Shown piece by piece: positions 48,645 through 57,551 of a stretch of 64,000 nucleotides of DNA. Position numbers and translations under genes: made by a program. The DNA is from an uncultured cyanobacterium (lineage in GTDB: Bacteria > Cyanobacteriota > Cyanobacteriia > PCC-6307 > Cyanobiaceae), in contig CAVONQ010000006.1 of NCBI GenBank assembly GCA_963697335.1, positions 97,237 through 161,236 of the forward strand. Reading direction: 5' to 3'. The notes under the pieces were generated by a model, which worked only from the letters and a program-made list of their open reading frames with translations, was not told the DNA's origin and ran no database searches. Within the stretch, counting starts at the first letter, position 1. Each line of letters begins with the position of its first letter.

Positions 48645-49346
48645 ATGGCCAGGCTCAGGATGGGATGGCCTCTTGTGGCCTCGCTCGGGGCGGCTCTGGC
48701 GGGGTTGCTGGTGCTGCCGCTGCTGATGCCGGTCCAGCTGCCCCTGCGCCTCGGCGCCGCCAGCGCGGCCGCCCTGCCTGATCCCGCCCTGGATCCGGGC
48801 CGTCGCCCCGGCCCGGATCAGACGGCCGTGCTGGCGGGGGGCTGTTTCTGGGGCATGGAGGCCATCTTTGAGGAGGTGAGGGGGGTCCGCAGCGTCGAGA
48901 CCGGCTACGCCGGCGGCTCTGGGGAGACGGCCCGCTATGCCGAGGTGAGCCGGGGCAGCACCGGCCATGCCGAGGGCATCCGCATCACCTACGACCCGGG
49001 CCAGGTGAGCTACGGGGAACTGCTGAAGGTGTTCTTCGCCGTGGCCCACGACCCCACGGAGGTGAACCGCCAGGGGCCCGATGTGGGTGAGCAGTACCGA
49101 TCGGCGATCTTCAGCGACGATCCACTGCTGCAGAAGGTGGCGCGGCAGTACATCGCCCAGCTCAACGGAGCCGGCAGCTTCGCGAAGCCGATTGCCACCC
49201 AGTTGGAGAGCAACGCCCGCTTTTATCCCGCCGAGGATTACCACCAGGACTTCGTGCGGCGCAATCCACGCCACCCCTATGTGCTCGTGCACGACATCCC
49301 GAAGCTGGAGACGTTCCGCAGCACCTTCCCTGAGTTACGGCAGTAA
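48645..49346 (+). CDS. msrA: Peptide-methionine (S)-S-oxide reductase with N-terminal signal/TM
   Basis: GGCFWG, GHAE, RQGPDVG.QYRS, FYPAEDYHQ. Confidence 0.93.
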   Translation: MARLRMGWPLVASLGAALAGLLVLPLLMPVQLPLRLGAASAAALPDPALDPGRRPGPDQTAVLAGGCFWGMEAIFEEVRGVRSVETGYAGGSGETARYAEVSRGSTGHAEGIRITYDPGQVSYGELLKVFFAVAHDPTEVNRQGPDVGEQYRSAIFSDDPLLQKVARQYIAQLNGAGSFAKPIATQLESNARFYPAEDYHQDFVRRNPRHPYVLVHDIPKLETFRSTFPELRQ

Positions 49347-49415
49347 GGGCAGGAGGCCGAACCTGGCGGCCCTGGCGGCATGGTGGGGTCCACCTCCCCC
49401 TTGACCATCTCCCCC

Positions 49416-50444
49416 ATGGGCCAACCCAACGAGCCGCTCTGGAAGGGGCTGCACCAATCGGCGCTGGTGCTGTTTCTGCTGCTGTTGGCCTGCGGCTGGG
49501 CGGTGGTGCAGCTGGTGGCCTTCTTCCGGCCGGTGCTAATCCTGTTCATCGCCGCGGCAGTGCTGGCAGTGGTGCTGGACTATCCGGTGCGTCGACTGGT
49601 GCGTCTTGGCTGCAGTCGCAGCCTGGCGATCCTGCTCACCGGCCTGGCCGGCTTCGGCGGCGTCAGCCTGTTCACGGCGGTGCTCGGCTTCCAGCTGGTC
49701 AACCAGGGCAGCAGCCTGCTCAATGACCTGGTGCTGGGACTGCAGCGCCCCGATCTGCCCTTTCACGACTACCTCAAGACGATCCAGCTCTCCCAGGTGG
49801 TGGAGCTGCTGCGCGCCAGCCTCGGCAGCGGCCTGGGGATGATCGGCGGCGCCTTCTCCAACCTGTTCGCCGGCGTGTTTCTGCTGGTGATCGTGGTGTA
49901 CATGCTGGTGGACAACGGCGCCACCTGGACCCAGGCCCTGCAGCTACTGCCTGAGCCGGTGCGCGAACACTTCGATCGCAGCGTGCAAAAGAACGTTCTG
50001 GGGTTCCTGCGCGGCCAGATCACCCTGATGCTGTTTCTGAGCCTGGCCAGTTTTGTGGTGTTTGCGCTGATGGGGGTGAAGTTCTCCCTGGTGCTGGCGA
50101 TCGTGGTGGGGGTGCTGGATGCCATCCCCGGCATCGGTGCCACCCTCGGGGTGATCGTGGCCACCAGCCTGGTGTTCCTCACCCAGGGCCAGTGGCTGGC
50201 GCTTCAGGTGGTGATCGCCTCGGTGGTGCTGCAGCAGATCCAGGACAACCTCATCCATCCCCGGGTGATGGGCCGGGCCCTGGAGATCCGCCCGGTGGTG
50301 CTGTTCTTCGCCCTGTTCGTGGGCGAGCGGCTGGCGGGGCTGCTGGGGGTGTTCCTGGCCATTCCCATCACCGGGATGATCCTGGGCTGGGGCAAGGAGG
50401 AGGCAGTCCCCGCCTCGCCGCCTCAACGGGGCGGACCGTTATAA
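49416..50444 (+). CDS. AI-2E family transporter
   Basis: GFLRGQ, IPGIG, QQIQDNLIHPRVMG. Confidence 0.88.
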   Translation: MGQPNEPLWKGLHQSALVLFLLLLACGWAVVQLVAFFRPVLILFIAAAVLAVVLDYPVRRLVRLGCSRSLAILLTGLAGFGGVSLFTAVLGFQLVNQGSSLLNDLVLGLQRPDLPFHDYLKTIQLSQVVELLRASLGSGLGMIGGAFSNLFAGVFLLVIVVYMLVDNGATWTQALQLLPEPVREHFDRSVQKNVLGFLRGQITLMLFLSLASFVVFALMGVKFSLVLAIVVGVLDAIPGIGATLGVIVATSLVFLTQGQWLALQVVIASVVLQQIQDNLIHPRVMGRALEIRPVVLFFALFVGERLAGLLGVFLAIPITGMILGWGKEEAVPASPPQRGGPL

Positions 50445-50815
50445 ATCAACTCCGTAACCTGGGTTCCGTCCGGAGAGATCTGAATCTCTGTTTCGAGGGT
50501 GGGGGGAAGATTGCGCGACTCCCAGGCCGGGGGGCCACCCATGAAGCTGAAGACGAAGCCGTCGCTGTCGCTGCTCGCCAGACAGGGATTGTCGAGCGCT
50601 GCTGTAGCAAACATGCAGCTCGCCGGACGGTAGACCTGGAGTCCTCCATTGATCTTCACGGTGTGGGTTCTGGCTGTGTTGATGGCGCGCACGGCTTCAA
50701 TGGGAACGCGGTCCTGGGCCTGGAGCGGCACGGCAGCGCCGAGCAGAGCTGCTACACCACCCAGGGCTATGAGCTGACGAGTCAAACCTTGCATTTTGAA
50801 GAGCATCACAACCAA
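50423..50815 (-). CDS. Exported hypothetical protein
   Basis: Signal peptide, RAINTAR..NGGL.VYRP..CM, GGPPAW. Confidence 0.65.
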   Translation of the reverse strand: MVVMLFKMQGLTRQLIALGGVAALLGAAVPLQAQDRVPIEAVRAINTARTHTVKINGGLQVYRPASCMFATAALDNPCLASSDSDGFVFSFMGGPPAWESRNLPPTLETEIQISPDGTQVTELIYNGPPR

Positions 50816-51037
50816 GTGCGGATAAGCACATCATGGAGCAGAACTGAGGCCTTGATGAAGCAACAGTTATTTCTTCACCTCAAGCCCTTGCCCGGTGGCA
50901 CGGGAGCTGAAATATTCAGCTATAATCTCCCCAGCCATCAAGTTGATTGACTTTCAATGTCTCCAGTTCAAGATTTCGTGCTCTGAAACAAAGCCCTCGT
51001 GGCTTGCTACTGATTCAACACATTCAAAGTAAGCTGT

Positions 51038-52552
51038 TCAAACTAAGGTGGTCGTGGCCCTCGCCAGGAAGGTCTCAGCGGCGGCAGCCAGGCCATCGCG
51101 CCGCTGGGGGTCGATCCGATCCAGCAGCCGCACCATCATCGAGAGACGGGGGTTGGCCTGGAAAAAGGCCCGGTGGCGATCGATGAAGCGCCAGTAGAGG
51201 CCGTCCCAGATGTCACACCAAGGACCACGCTTGAAATCACCCATCTTGAGGATGTAGTTGGAGCCGCAGATATAGGGTTTGGTGGCAAAGATGCCACCAT
51301 CGCTCATCAGGCCCATGCCGTAGACATTGGGCCCCATCACCCACTCGTAGGAGTCCAGGTAGCGCTCCATGAACCAGCAGTGCACCTCCAGCGGCTGGAT
51401 CTCGCAGAGGAGCATCAGGTTGCTGATCACCATCAGCCGCTCGATGTGGTGGTTGTAGCCCGTGCGGTTCAGCCGCCCGATCGCCGCATCCAGCGGTGGT
51501 AGGCCGGTGCTCCCTTCGCTCCAGCAGGGGGCCAGCCGGCGCTGGTGGTTCCAGAAGTTGCTGCCGGCCTGGCGCTCGCCATGCACGCGATCGATGCCGC
51601 GTACGAACTCCCGCCAGCCGATCACCTGGCGCAGAAACCCCTCCAGCGAGGCGATGGGCACCGGCGCGCCGGCAGTGTCCCGGCGGCGCACGTGGGCCAG
51701 GGCGGCCTCGATCACCCCAGCCGGGCTCAGCAGGCCGATGTTGAGCAGGGGAGAGAGCAGGGAATGGTGCAGGGTGCCCAGGCTCTGGCTGAGGGCGTCC
51801 TCATAGGGGCCGAAGTCATCGAGTCGCTCCTGCAGAAACCGCTGCAGCCAGGCCTCGGCACCGTCCTGATCGAACGGAATCCAGAGTTGGCCCAGCACCC
51901 CGGGGTTGGTGGCGAAATGGGTGGCGATCAGCTGCCGCACCGCCGGCTCATGGGGGCTGGCCGCCACGGCGGGGAGCGACGGCTCCTGGTAATCCTTGGG
52001 CAGCCGGCGGCGGTTCTCGGTGTCGAAGCTCCAGCGGCCGCCACTGGGGCTTCCGTCGGCCTCGAGCAGCAGCCCCAGGCGCCGGCGCTGCCGCTCGTAG
52101 AAGGTCTTCATGAAGGGGCGGCGGCGGCCTTCGAACCAGGCGCGGCTTTCGGCCACGGATTCGAGGAAGGCAGGTGACGGCAGCACCGTCAGCCGCACCA
52201 GGTGCTCCCGGCAGAAGCACTGCAGCCTCTGCTCGAAGCTGCGGTCGGCGATTTCCGCCACCTTCAGCTCCCGGCTTTCGCCCAGCTCCGCCGCCAGCCG
52301 ATCCCAGAACGACACACCCGCCGAAGCAGGCAGTTCGAAGTAGCGCACCGCCAGCCCGCACTCGTGCAGGGTGTCGCGGAAGCTGCGCATCGCGACAAAG
52401 GTGTGGAGCAGTCGCAGCTGGTGGTAGCGATGGCTGGAGGCCACCGCCAGGTCTTCGATCATCAGCACCCGGCTCCCGGCAGCGAGCTGCAGCGGTGAGG
52501 GGTTAAACCACTCGCGGTGCAGCTGATCGCCCAGGATCAGGGTCAGGACCAT
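51038..52552 (-). CDS. Cryptochrome/photolyase family protein (prokaryotic (6-4) photolyase-like)
   Basis: LILGDQL, GGRWSFD.ENR, FGPYEDA, RQVIGWREF, HHIERLM, TKPY. Confidence 0.88.
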   Translation of the reverse strand: MVLTLILGDQLHREWFNPSPLQLAAGSRVLMIEDLAVASSHRYHQLRLLHTFVAMRSFRDTLHECGLAVRYFELPASAGVSFWDRLAAELGESRELKVAEIADRSFEQRLQCFCREHLVRLTVLPSPAFLESVAESRAWFEGRRRPFMKTFYERQRRRLGLLLEADGSPSGGRWSFDTENRRRLPKDYQEPSLPAVAASPHEPAVRQLIATHFATNPGVLGQLWIPFDQDGAEAWLQRFLQERLDDFGPYEDALSQSLGTLHHSLLSPLLNIGLLSPAGVIEAALAHVRRRDTAGAPVPIASLEGFLRQVIGWREFVRGIDRVHGERQAGSNFWNHQRRLAPCWSEGSTGLPPLDAAIGRLNRTGYNHHIERLMVISNLMLLCEIQPLEVHCWFMERYLDSYEWVMGPNVYGMGLMSDGGIFATKPYICGSNYILKMGDFKRGPWCDIWDGLYWRFIDRHRAFFQANPRLSMMVRLLDRIDPQRRDGLAAAAETFLARATTTLV

Positions 52553-52729
52553 CGCTGTTGGTGCGTCTGCTGAAGGTCATAGCGGCACGCGTCACGGTCC
52601 AGCTCGAAGCGGTGCGGCAGGCCTCAATGAGTTAGGCCCTGGGGAGATCCTTTCCGCCTGGATGTTCCATGCGATGGAGAACCCCGATCAGAGCGCCTGA
52701 TCTGGAGCGGGATCCGTTTGGCCTGGAGC

Positions 52730-52874
52730 TCGCCGAACAGGTCGGCGCCTCCCTGCTGGCCCTGCGCCCGGAGGAGGGTTGGAGAAGCCCATCGCCACGT
52801 GGAGGGAGCGGCTCGGCATCAGCCCGCTGATCGGGACCACGCCGTTCCCCGAGCAGCTGGCCCTGCTCAGCTGA
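52730..52874 (+). pseudogene. 3' remnant of a Coq4-like gene
   Basis: LLALRPEEGW-(1-nt shift)-KPIATWRERLGI resembles the Coq4-family C-terminus. Confidence 0.4.
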
Positions 52875-53226
52875 GCGAGCCGATGTCGGGGTATGAGGCC
52901 CTATGCCTGCCGGGGCCGCAACGACGCCAGCTCGAATCACGATGATGGCGGCGATCGAATGGTAGTTTGAGACTTCAGGAAAGGTTTGATTTTTCATATC
53001 GGCAGAGCCGATCGGTTCGTTGCGGGAGCAGCTTCAGCCACCATCTCCCGAACAGGCAACCGAACCCCGACCACGCCATGTCTGCATCGAACCGGCCGGT
53101 TCGCCTCCTGCCCATTGATCAGGCTGGATCGGTCTTTCGGCAACGACGCGGCCCCATTGAAGGCTCGGGGATGAAATCAGCGTTTCCGGAATTCCTTCAG
53201 ACACGGCCCACAGACCCGCCCACGCC

Positions 53227-54474
53227 ATGGAACAGATCACCGATGCTGGCCGGAAGGTCGCCAGCGACCTGGCCCGTCAGTACGGCTTCAGTCAGGACGC
53301 CGTCGCCCACATGATGCTGGCGATGCTGCGCGGCAAAGGCGCCATGGCCCAGTTCGACCATCCTGAGTTCGCCGGCTCCGGCCAATGGATGCGGGGGGGC
53401 ATGCTGATGATCGGCGACATGTTCAACCACTCCCTCAAGGCGCGGGTGGATGGTCTCTGCCAGGCGATCTCAGCTCAGCTTGGCGGTCACCAGCCCCAAC
53501 CGCCCAGCGCGGGAAGCTTCCAGGCCCAGAGCAGCGGCGGCTGGGCCGCCGCGTCGTCGATGCCTGCGATGCCGCCCATGGACCCAGCAGGCGGCAGTTC
53601 GCCCCTGTTCGTGCCTGACCCCCGAGATACATGGTGGCCTGCCGAGCTGGGCGCCCCCGCGGCGCTGGGCAGTCAGAACGACATGAGCTATGCCTTCTTC
53701 CCGTCAGCTGGCCGGTTGGCCATTCAGTCGAACGGCCAGGTGTCGGTGTACGACACAGGCCATCACCAGATCGCTGGCCTGTCCCAGCAGCAGGGCTCCG
53801 GCGGCGCCGTGGTTTTCACCACCCCGGGCGGCACGGTGAGCCTCTCCAGCCTCACCTCGATGGGCGGCGGCAGTCAGCAGCAATCGAACCATGGCGGCAG
53901 CCAGCAGCAGAGCAGCTACGGCGGCGGGCAACAACAGTCATCGGCCGCCACTCCCATGGCCCCGATGGCGATGCAGCCGATGCAACCCATGGCAATGCAA
54001 CCGATGCAGCCCATGGCGCTGCAACCAATGGCGATGCAGCCCATGGCGGGATTCGAGAGCTGGTGGCCTGCGGATCTGGGCAGCCCCAGTGCCACCGGGG
54101 CCCAGAACAACCTGCGTTACGCCTGGTTCGCCGATTCGGGCTGCCTGGCCGTGGAGCACGACGGCACCCTCAGGCTGTTGGATGCCCGCAACCATCCGAT
54201 CAACGGGATCGCCCAGGCCAGCGGCAGCGCCGAGGTGATGTTCGCCACGCCGGGGGGAGCGGTGAGTCTTTCCAGCCTGCCACCCTTCTCCCCGAAAGGC
54301 CCTCCCGCTGCATCGGCACCTGACCCGGTCCCGGCGGAATCGGCAGTCGCAAGCCCCACCTCCAGCGGGGATGTGATCAGCGCCCTGGAACGTCTCGGTG
54401 AGCTCATGGCCAAGGGGGTGCTGAGCGAGGCGGAATTCACCGAGAAGAAGAAGGAGCTGCTGAGTCGGTTGTAA
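53227..54474 (+). CDS. SHOCT-domain protein with a duplicated WWP domain and Q/M-rich repeats
   Basis: WWPAELGAP..QNDMSYAFF and WWPADLGSP..QNNLRYAWF; C-term ALERLGELMAKGVLSEAEFTEKKKELL (SHOCT). Confidence 0.85.
   Translation: MEQITDAGRKVASDLARQYGFSQDAVAHMMLAMLRGKGAMAQFDHPEFAGSGQWMRGGMLMIGDMFNHSLKARVDGLCQAISAQLGGHQPQPPSAGSFQAQSSGGWAAASSMPAMPPMDPAGGSSPLFVPDPRDTWWPAELGAPAALGSQNDMSYAFFPSAGRLAIQSNGQVSVYDTGHHQIAGLSQQQGSGGAVVFTTPGGTVSLSSLTSMGGGSQQQSNHGGSQQQSSYGGGQQQSSAATPMAPMAMQPMQPMAMQPMQPMALQPMAMQPMAGFESWWPADLGSPSATGAQNNLRYAWFADSGCLAVEHDGTLRLLDARNHPINGIAQASGSAEVMFATPGGAVSLSSLPPFSPKGPPAASAPDPVPAESAVASPTSSGDVISALERLGELMAKGVLSEAEFTEKKKELLSRL
53862..54048 (+). repeat. Intragenic tandem repeats: 3x GG(S/G)QQQSxx then MQP/MA repeats
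   Basis: Three ~27-nt units followed by ATGCA(G/A)CC(G/C)/ATGGC(G/A) units. Confidence 0.8.
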
Positions 54475-54705
54475 GGAACCCGCGGCGACCAGGCACCAGG
54501 CAGGAAAACCGCAGCCTGTAGGGATCGGCTCTCGATGCAGGCCGGAGCCCACCCCCGAGACGGCGCATGTCTCGCTCTCCATGGTGCAGCGCAATCCGGG
54601 GAGATTTGCCTGAGTTCGCGCCGTTGGCGCGACAAGACTCTCCAATCGACACCAGGGCCATTCCAGGGCCGCCAGCGCGGTGACAGAGACCCACGACGTT
54701 TCCCC

Positions 54706-55434
54706 CTACCAACGCACATCCGGCAACTCCCGGAACACCTGGCGCACGCCCGTACTCCAGGCGGTGCTCAGTTCCGCGAACTGGGCATCGCCCTCGCAGA
54801 AGCGGCAGCGGTGGGTGATGGCCAGGCTGTCGCGCTCGTAGGCGATCAGATCGATCGGCATCCCCACCGAAAGATTACTGCGCATGGTGGAATCGAACGA
54901 CACCAGCACGCACTTGGCCGCTTCCGCCACCGAGGTGGTGGACTGGATCACCCGGTCAATGATCGGCTTGCCGTACTTCGCCTCGCCGGTCTGCAGAAAC
55001 GGCGTGTCCTCGCCGGCTTCGATGAAGTTTCCCTCGGCATACATCCGGAACAGCCTCGGCGGTTCGCCCCTGATCTGGCCGCCCACCAGGAAGGACGCAT
55101 TGAACCCACTCCCTGAGGCTTCCAGGTGGGCGGCATCGCGCTCCTGCACCGACCGCACCACATCCGACACCAGGACCATCACATCGAACATCGTGCGCGC
55201 CGTCCAGACGTTGGCGCCACCATCAACCTTCTCAGCCCGCTGGCGCAACAGGCTGATCACCGCCTGGGTGCCGGCCAGACTGCCGGAGCTGAGCAACACC
55301 AGCACCCGGTCTCCCTGGCGCTCGAACACCGTCATCTTGCAGAAGCTGGCGACATCATCCAGACCCGCATTGGTGCGTGAATCCGAGCCGAACACCATCC
55401 CGCCCTCCAGTAGCACCGCCACGCAATAGGTCAT
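54706..55434 (-). CDS. Proteasome-type protease Anbu (Ntn hydrolase)
   Basis: MTYC start exposes Thr1; DSRTNAG, GEAKYGKPI, DSTMRSNLSVGMP; ATGA overlap with the upstream gene. Confidence 0.9.
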   Translation of the reverse strand: MTYCVAVLLEGGMVFGSDSRTNAGLDDVASFCKMTVFERQGDRVLVLLSSGSLAGTQAVISLLRQRAEKVDGGANVWTARTMFDVMVLVSDVVRSVQERDAAHLEASGSGFNASFLVGGQIRGEPPRLFRMYAEGNFIEAGEDTPFLQTGEAKYGKPIIDRVIQSTTSVAEAAKCVLVSFDSTMRSNLSVGMPIDLIAYERDSLAITHRCRFCEGDAQFAELSTAWSTGVRQVFRELPDVRW

Positions 55435-56270
55435 GCGGTCCATACCTCGAAGGAGTCCAGGGTCGAGGGGCCGAACGTGGTGGTGAGCGCCACATCGGCC
55501 GCATCCCGGCCGCGGGCGATCAGGATCCTGCCGATCCGCGGCGTGTTGTTGCGCGGGTCGAACACATACCAGCCATCGCCGAGGTAGGCCTCGAACCAGG
55601 CCGCGAAGTCCATGGCCGCGTGGGGCGGCGGCACGCCGATGTCGCTCAGATAGCCGGTGCAGTAGCGGGCCGGGATGTTCATGCAGCGGCAGAAGGCGAT
55701 CGCGAGATGGGTGAAGTCACGGCAGACCCCCTCCTGGTTCTGGTAGGTCGTGAGGGCTGATTGGGTGGGACTGGTGCGGCTGTAGTCGAAGCGCACATGG
55801 CGGTGCACGGCATCACAGATCGCCTGCACCCGACCCCAGCCGGTGGGTGTTTCGGCGAACAACGACCAGGCCAGATCGGTGAGCAGATCGCTCTCGCAGT
55901 AGCGGCTGCTGAGCAGGAAGAGGAGCACCTCGTCCGGCAGTTCATCCACGGGCCGCTGCGGCAGCTCCGGCAGCACCGGATCAGGCTGACCTGAATCGGC
56001 CACCAGCCCCCTCGACTGCAAGCGCAGAACGCCAGCGGGTGCCACCAGCCGCTGGCAATGGTTGCCGAAGGAATCCACATAGGAGCGCAGCGGCACCTCG
56101 GGGGACGCCTGCAGGGTGTCGGCCTCCAGCAGATCCGTCGCCCGGATGGCATGGACACCGAGGGTCACGATCATCGGGGTGGGCTGCGGGCAGCGGAGTT
56201 CCAGGTCGAACCCCACGCCGATCTCGACCGCTCCAGAAGGGGTTGGGGCGGGGTGATGTTGTGAGTCCAT
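55431..56270 (-). CDS. Transglutaminase-like protein
   Basis: DSFGN, SRYCESD, GVCRDFTH, NIPARYCTGY, FDPR, GRDAADV. Confidence 0.9.
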   Translation of the reverse strand: MDSQHHPAPTPSGAVEIGVGFDLELRCPQPTPMIVTLGVHAIRATDLLEADTLQASPEVPLRSYVDSFGNHCQRLVAPAGVLRLQSRGLVADSGQPDPVLPELPQRPVDELPDEVLLFLLSSRYCESDLLTDLAWSLFAETPTGWGRVQAICDAVHRHVRFDYSRTSPTQSALTTYQNQEGVCRDFTHLAIAFCRCMNIPARYCTGYLSDIGVPPPHAAMDFAAWFEAYLGDGWYVFDPRNNTPRIGRILIARGRDAADVALTTTFGPSTLDSFEVWTA

Positions 56271-56273
56271 CCA

Positions 56274-56479
56274 TCAGCCTAGAGACGATGCAGCGTCCGG
56301 CAGCGGCGGGAATTCCTCCGCCAGGGAGGTGTCCAGCACGGCGGCAAGGCGCTCGGCCCATTCCTGCTGCCCTGCGGCTGTGGCCCAGGTCCTGCCGGAC
56401 CTCCAGTTCGACGTGGGGAATCCGGCGCAGCTCGCCGTGCACCACCACGGTGTGGTCGGTGGCATCACTCACCGCTTGG
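56274..56479 (-). pseudogene. 3' remnant of N-formylglutamate amidohydrolase, truncated by the IS and frameshifted
   Basis: VSDATDHTVVVHGELRRIPHVELEVRQDL / ATAAGQQEWAERLA split over two frames. Confidence 0.65.
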
Positions 56480-57551
56480 GAGTTTGCGGAAAAACCGCTT
56501 AAGAAGCCGCGTTTTTCCTCCTTAGAGCTGACCATGCTCCGATCGGACTGGTTTTCAGCTAATCAGCGGCTCAGAACGTCCAATTGCAAGCGTTCTGCCC
56601 TGTTTGAGCTGCCTGATCGCGGCCACTTGACCACACCTCTGGGCAACCACCTGTTCATGCCGTCGGCATTGCCGGTTTGAGCAGGTTGCCCAGCCGGATC
56701 AGGTTGTAGGCGATCACATGCAGGCCAAATACCGCACTCACCTTCTCAATCCCGCGGCGGGCATTGATCGACTTGGCGTAGCCCTGGTGGCGAGTGGTGC
56801 GGCCATCGATGGCGGAGCCACCAGAGCGAGCAGTGTTCTGAGCCACGTGAGGTGTGACGCCGATGCGGCGCATCTCGGCGACAAAGCCCTTGGTCGTAGT
56901 TCTTGTCGGCGCCGATCGTCTTTTGATGGGCACCGGGGACGGCAGCCGCCATCGCTTTCGCGGCATCCCTCTCCCCGGTGCCCGTGGCCTGCGTCACCTT
57001 GCAATCGACGATCAGGGCATGGCGGTTGTCCATGAGCACGTGGCCCCGGTAGCTGGGTAGCGCTGGATGGGCCTTGGATTTACGGCAGAGCAGCGCGTCG
57101 GGATCCGTGCCGGAGCGGTGGGTCTCGTTGCTGAGCTTGATGCCGCGGAAGTCCCCTTTCGCTCGCTTCTTGCCGGGCTTTGGAGCGCCAAAACCCTCGC
57201 CAGGGCCTGACGGCGGCGGCGGTGGATCGTCCTGCCCATCGATCCGCTCCAGCGAGGCATGGGACGCCCAGGCCTGCAGCAGGGTGCCATCTTCTGAGAA
57301 ATAGTCGTCGCTGATGATCGGGCGGTACCGATGGTCGCCCATCTGCGGCGTAGTGCTCACAGAAGGTGGGGTTGAGCCGATCGAGGGCCTGGTCTGCCAG
57401 CTTCCGGATCCGCCGGAGCGGATGACTGGCCGGGATCCGCTCCTCGATCGACACGTAGGAGAACAGGGAGCCGCTGCGCTCCCGGTGACCTCGCATCTGG
57501 ACTGAGCAGTTGGCCCATTTCGCAGAGATGGACGGGTTTTTCAGCAAGCTC
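56480..57551 (-). mobile_element. Degenerate IS5-family insertion sequence
   Basis: Imperfect terminal IRs GAGTTTGCGGAAAAACC (56480) and reverse of GGTTTTTCAGCAAGCTC (57535-57551); transposase fragments inside. Confidence 0.85.
56655..57496 (-). pseudogene. IS5-family transposase with internal deletions and frameshifts
   Basis: MRGHRERSGSLFSYVSIEERIPASHPLR..GRPSVPP | DGTLLQAWAS..TDPDA..GADKNYD | AYNLIRL spread over several frames. Confidence 0.85.
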
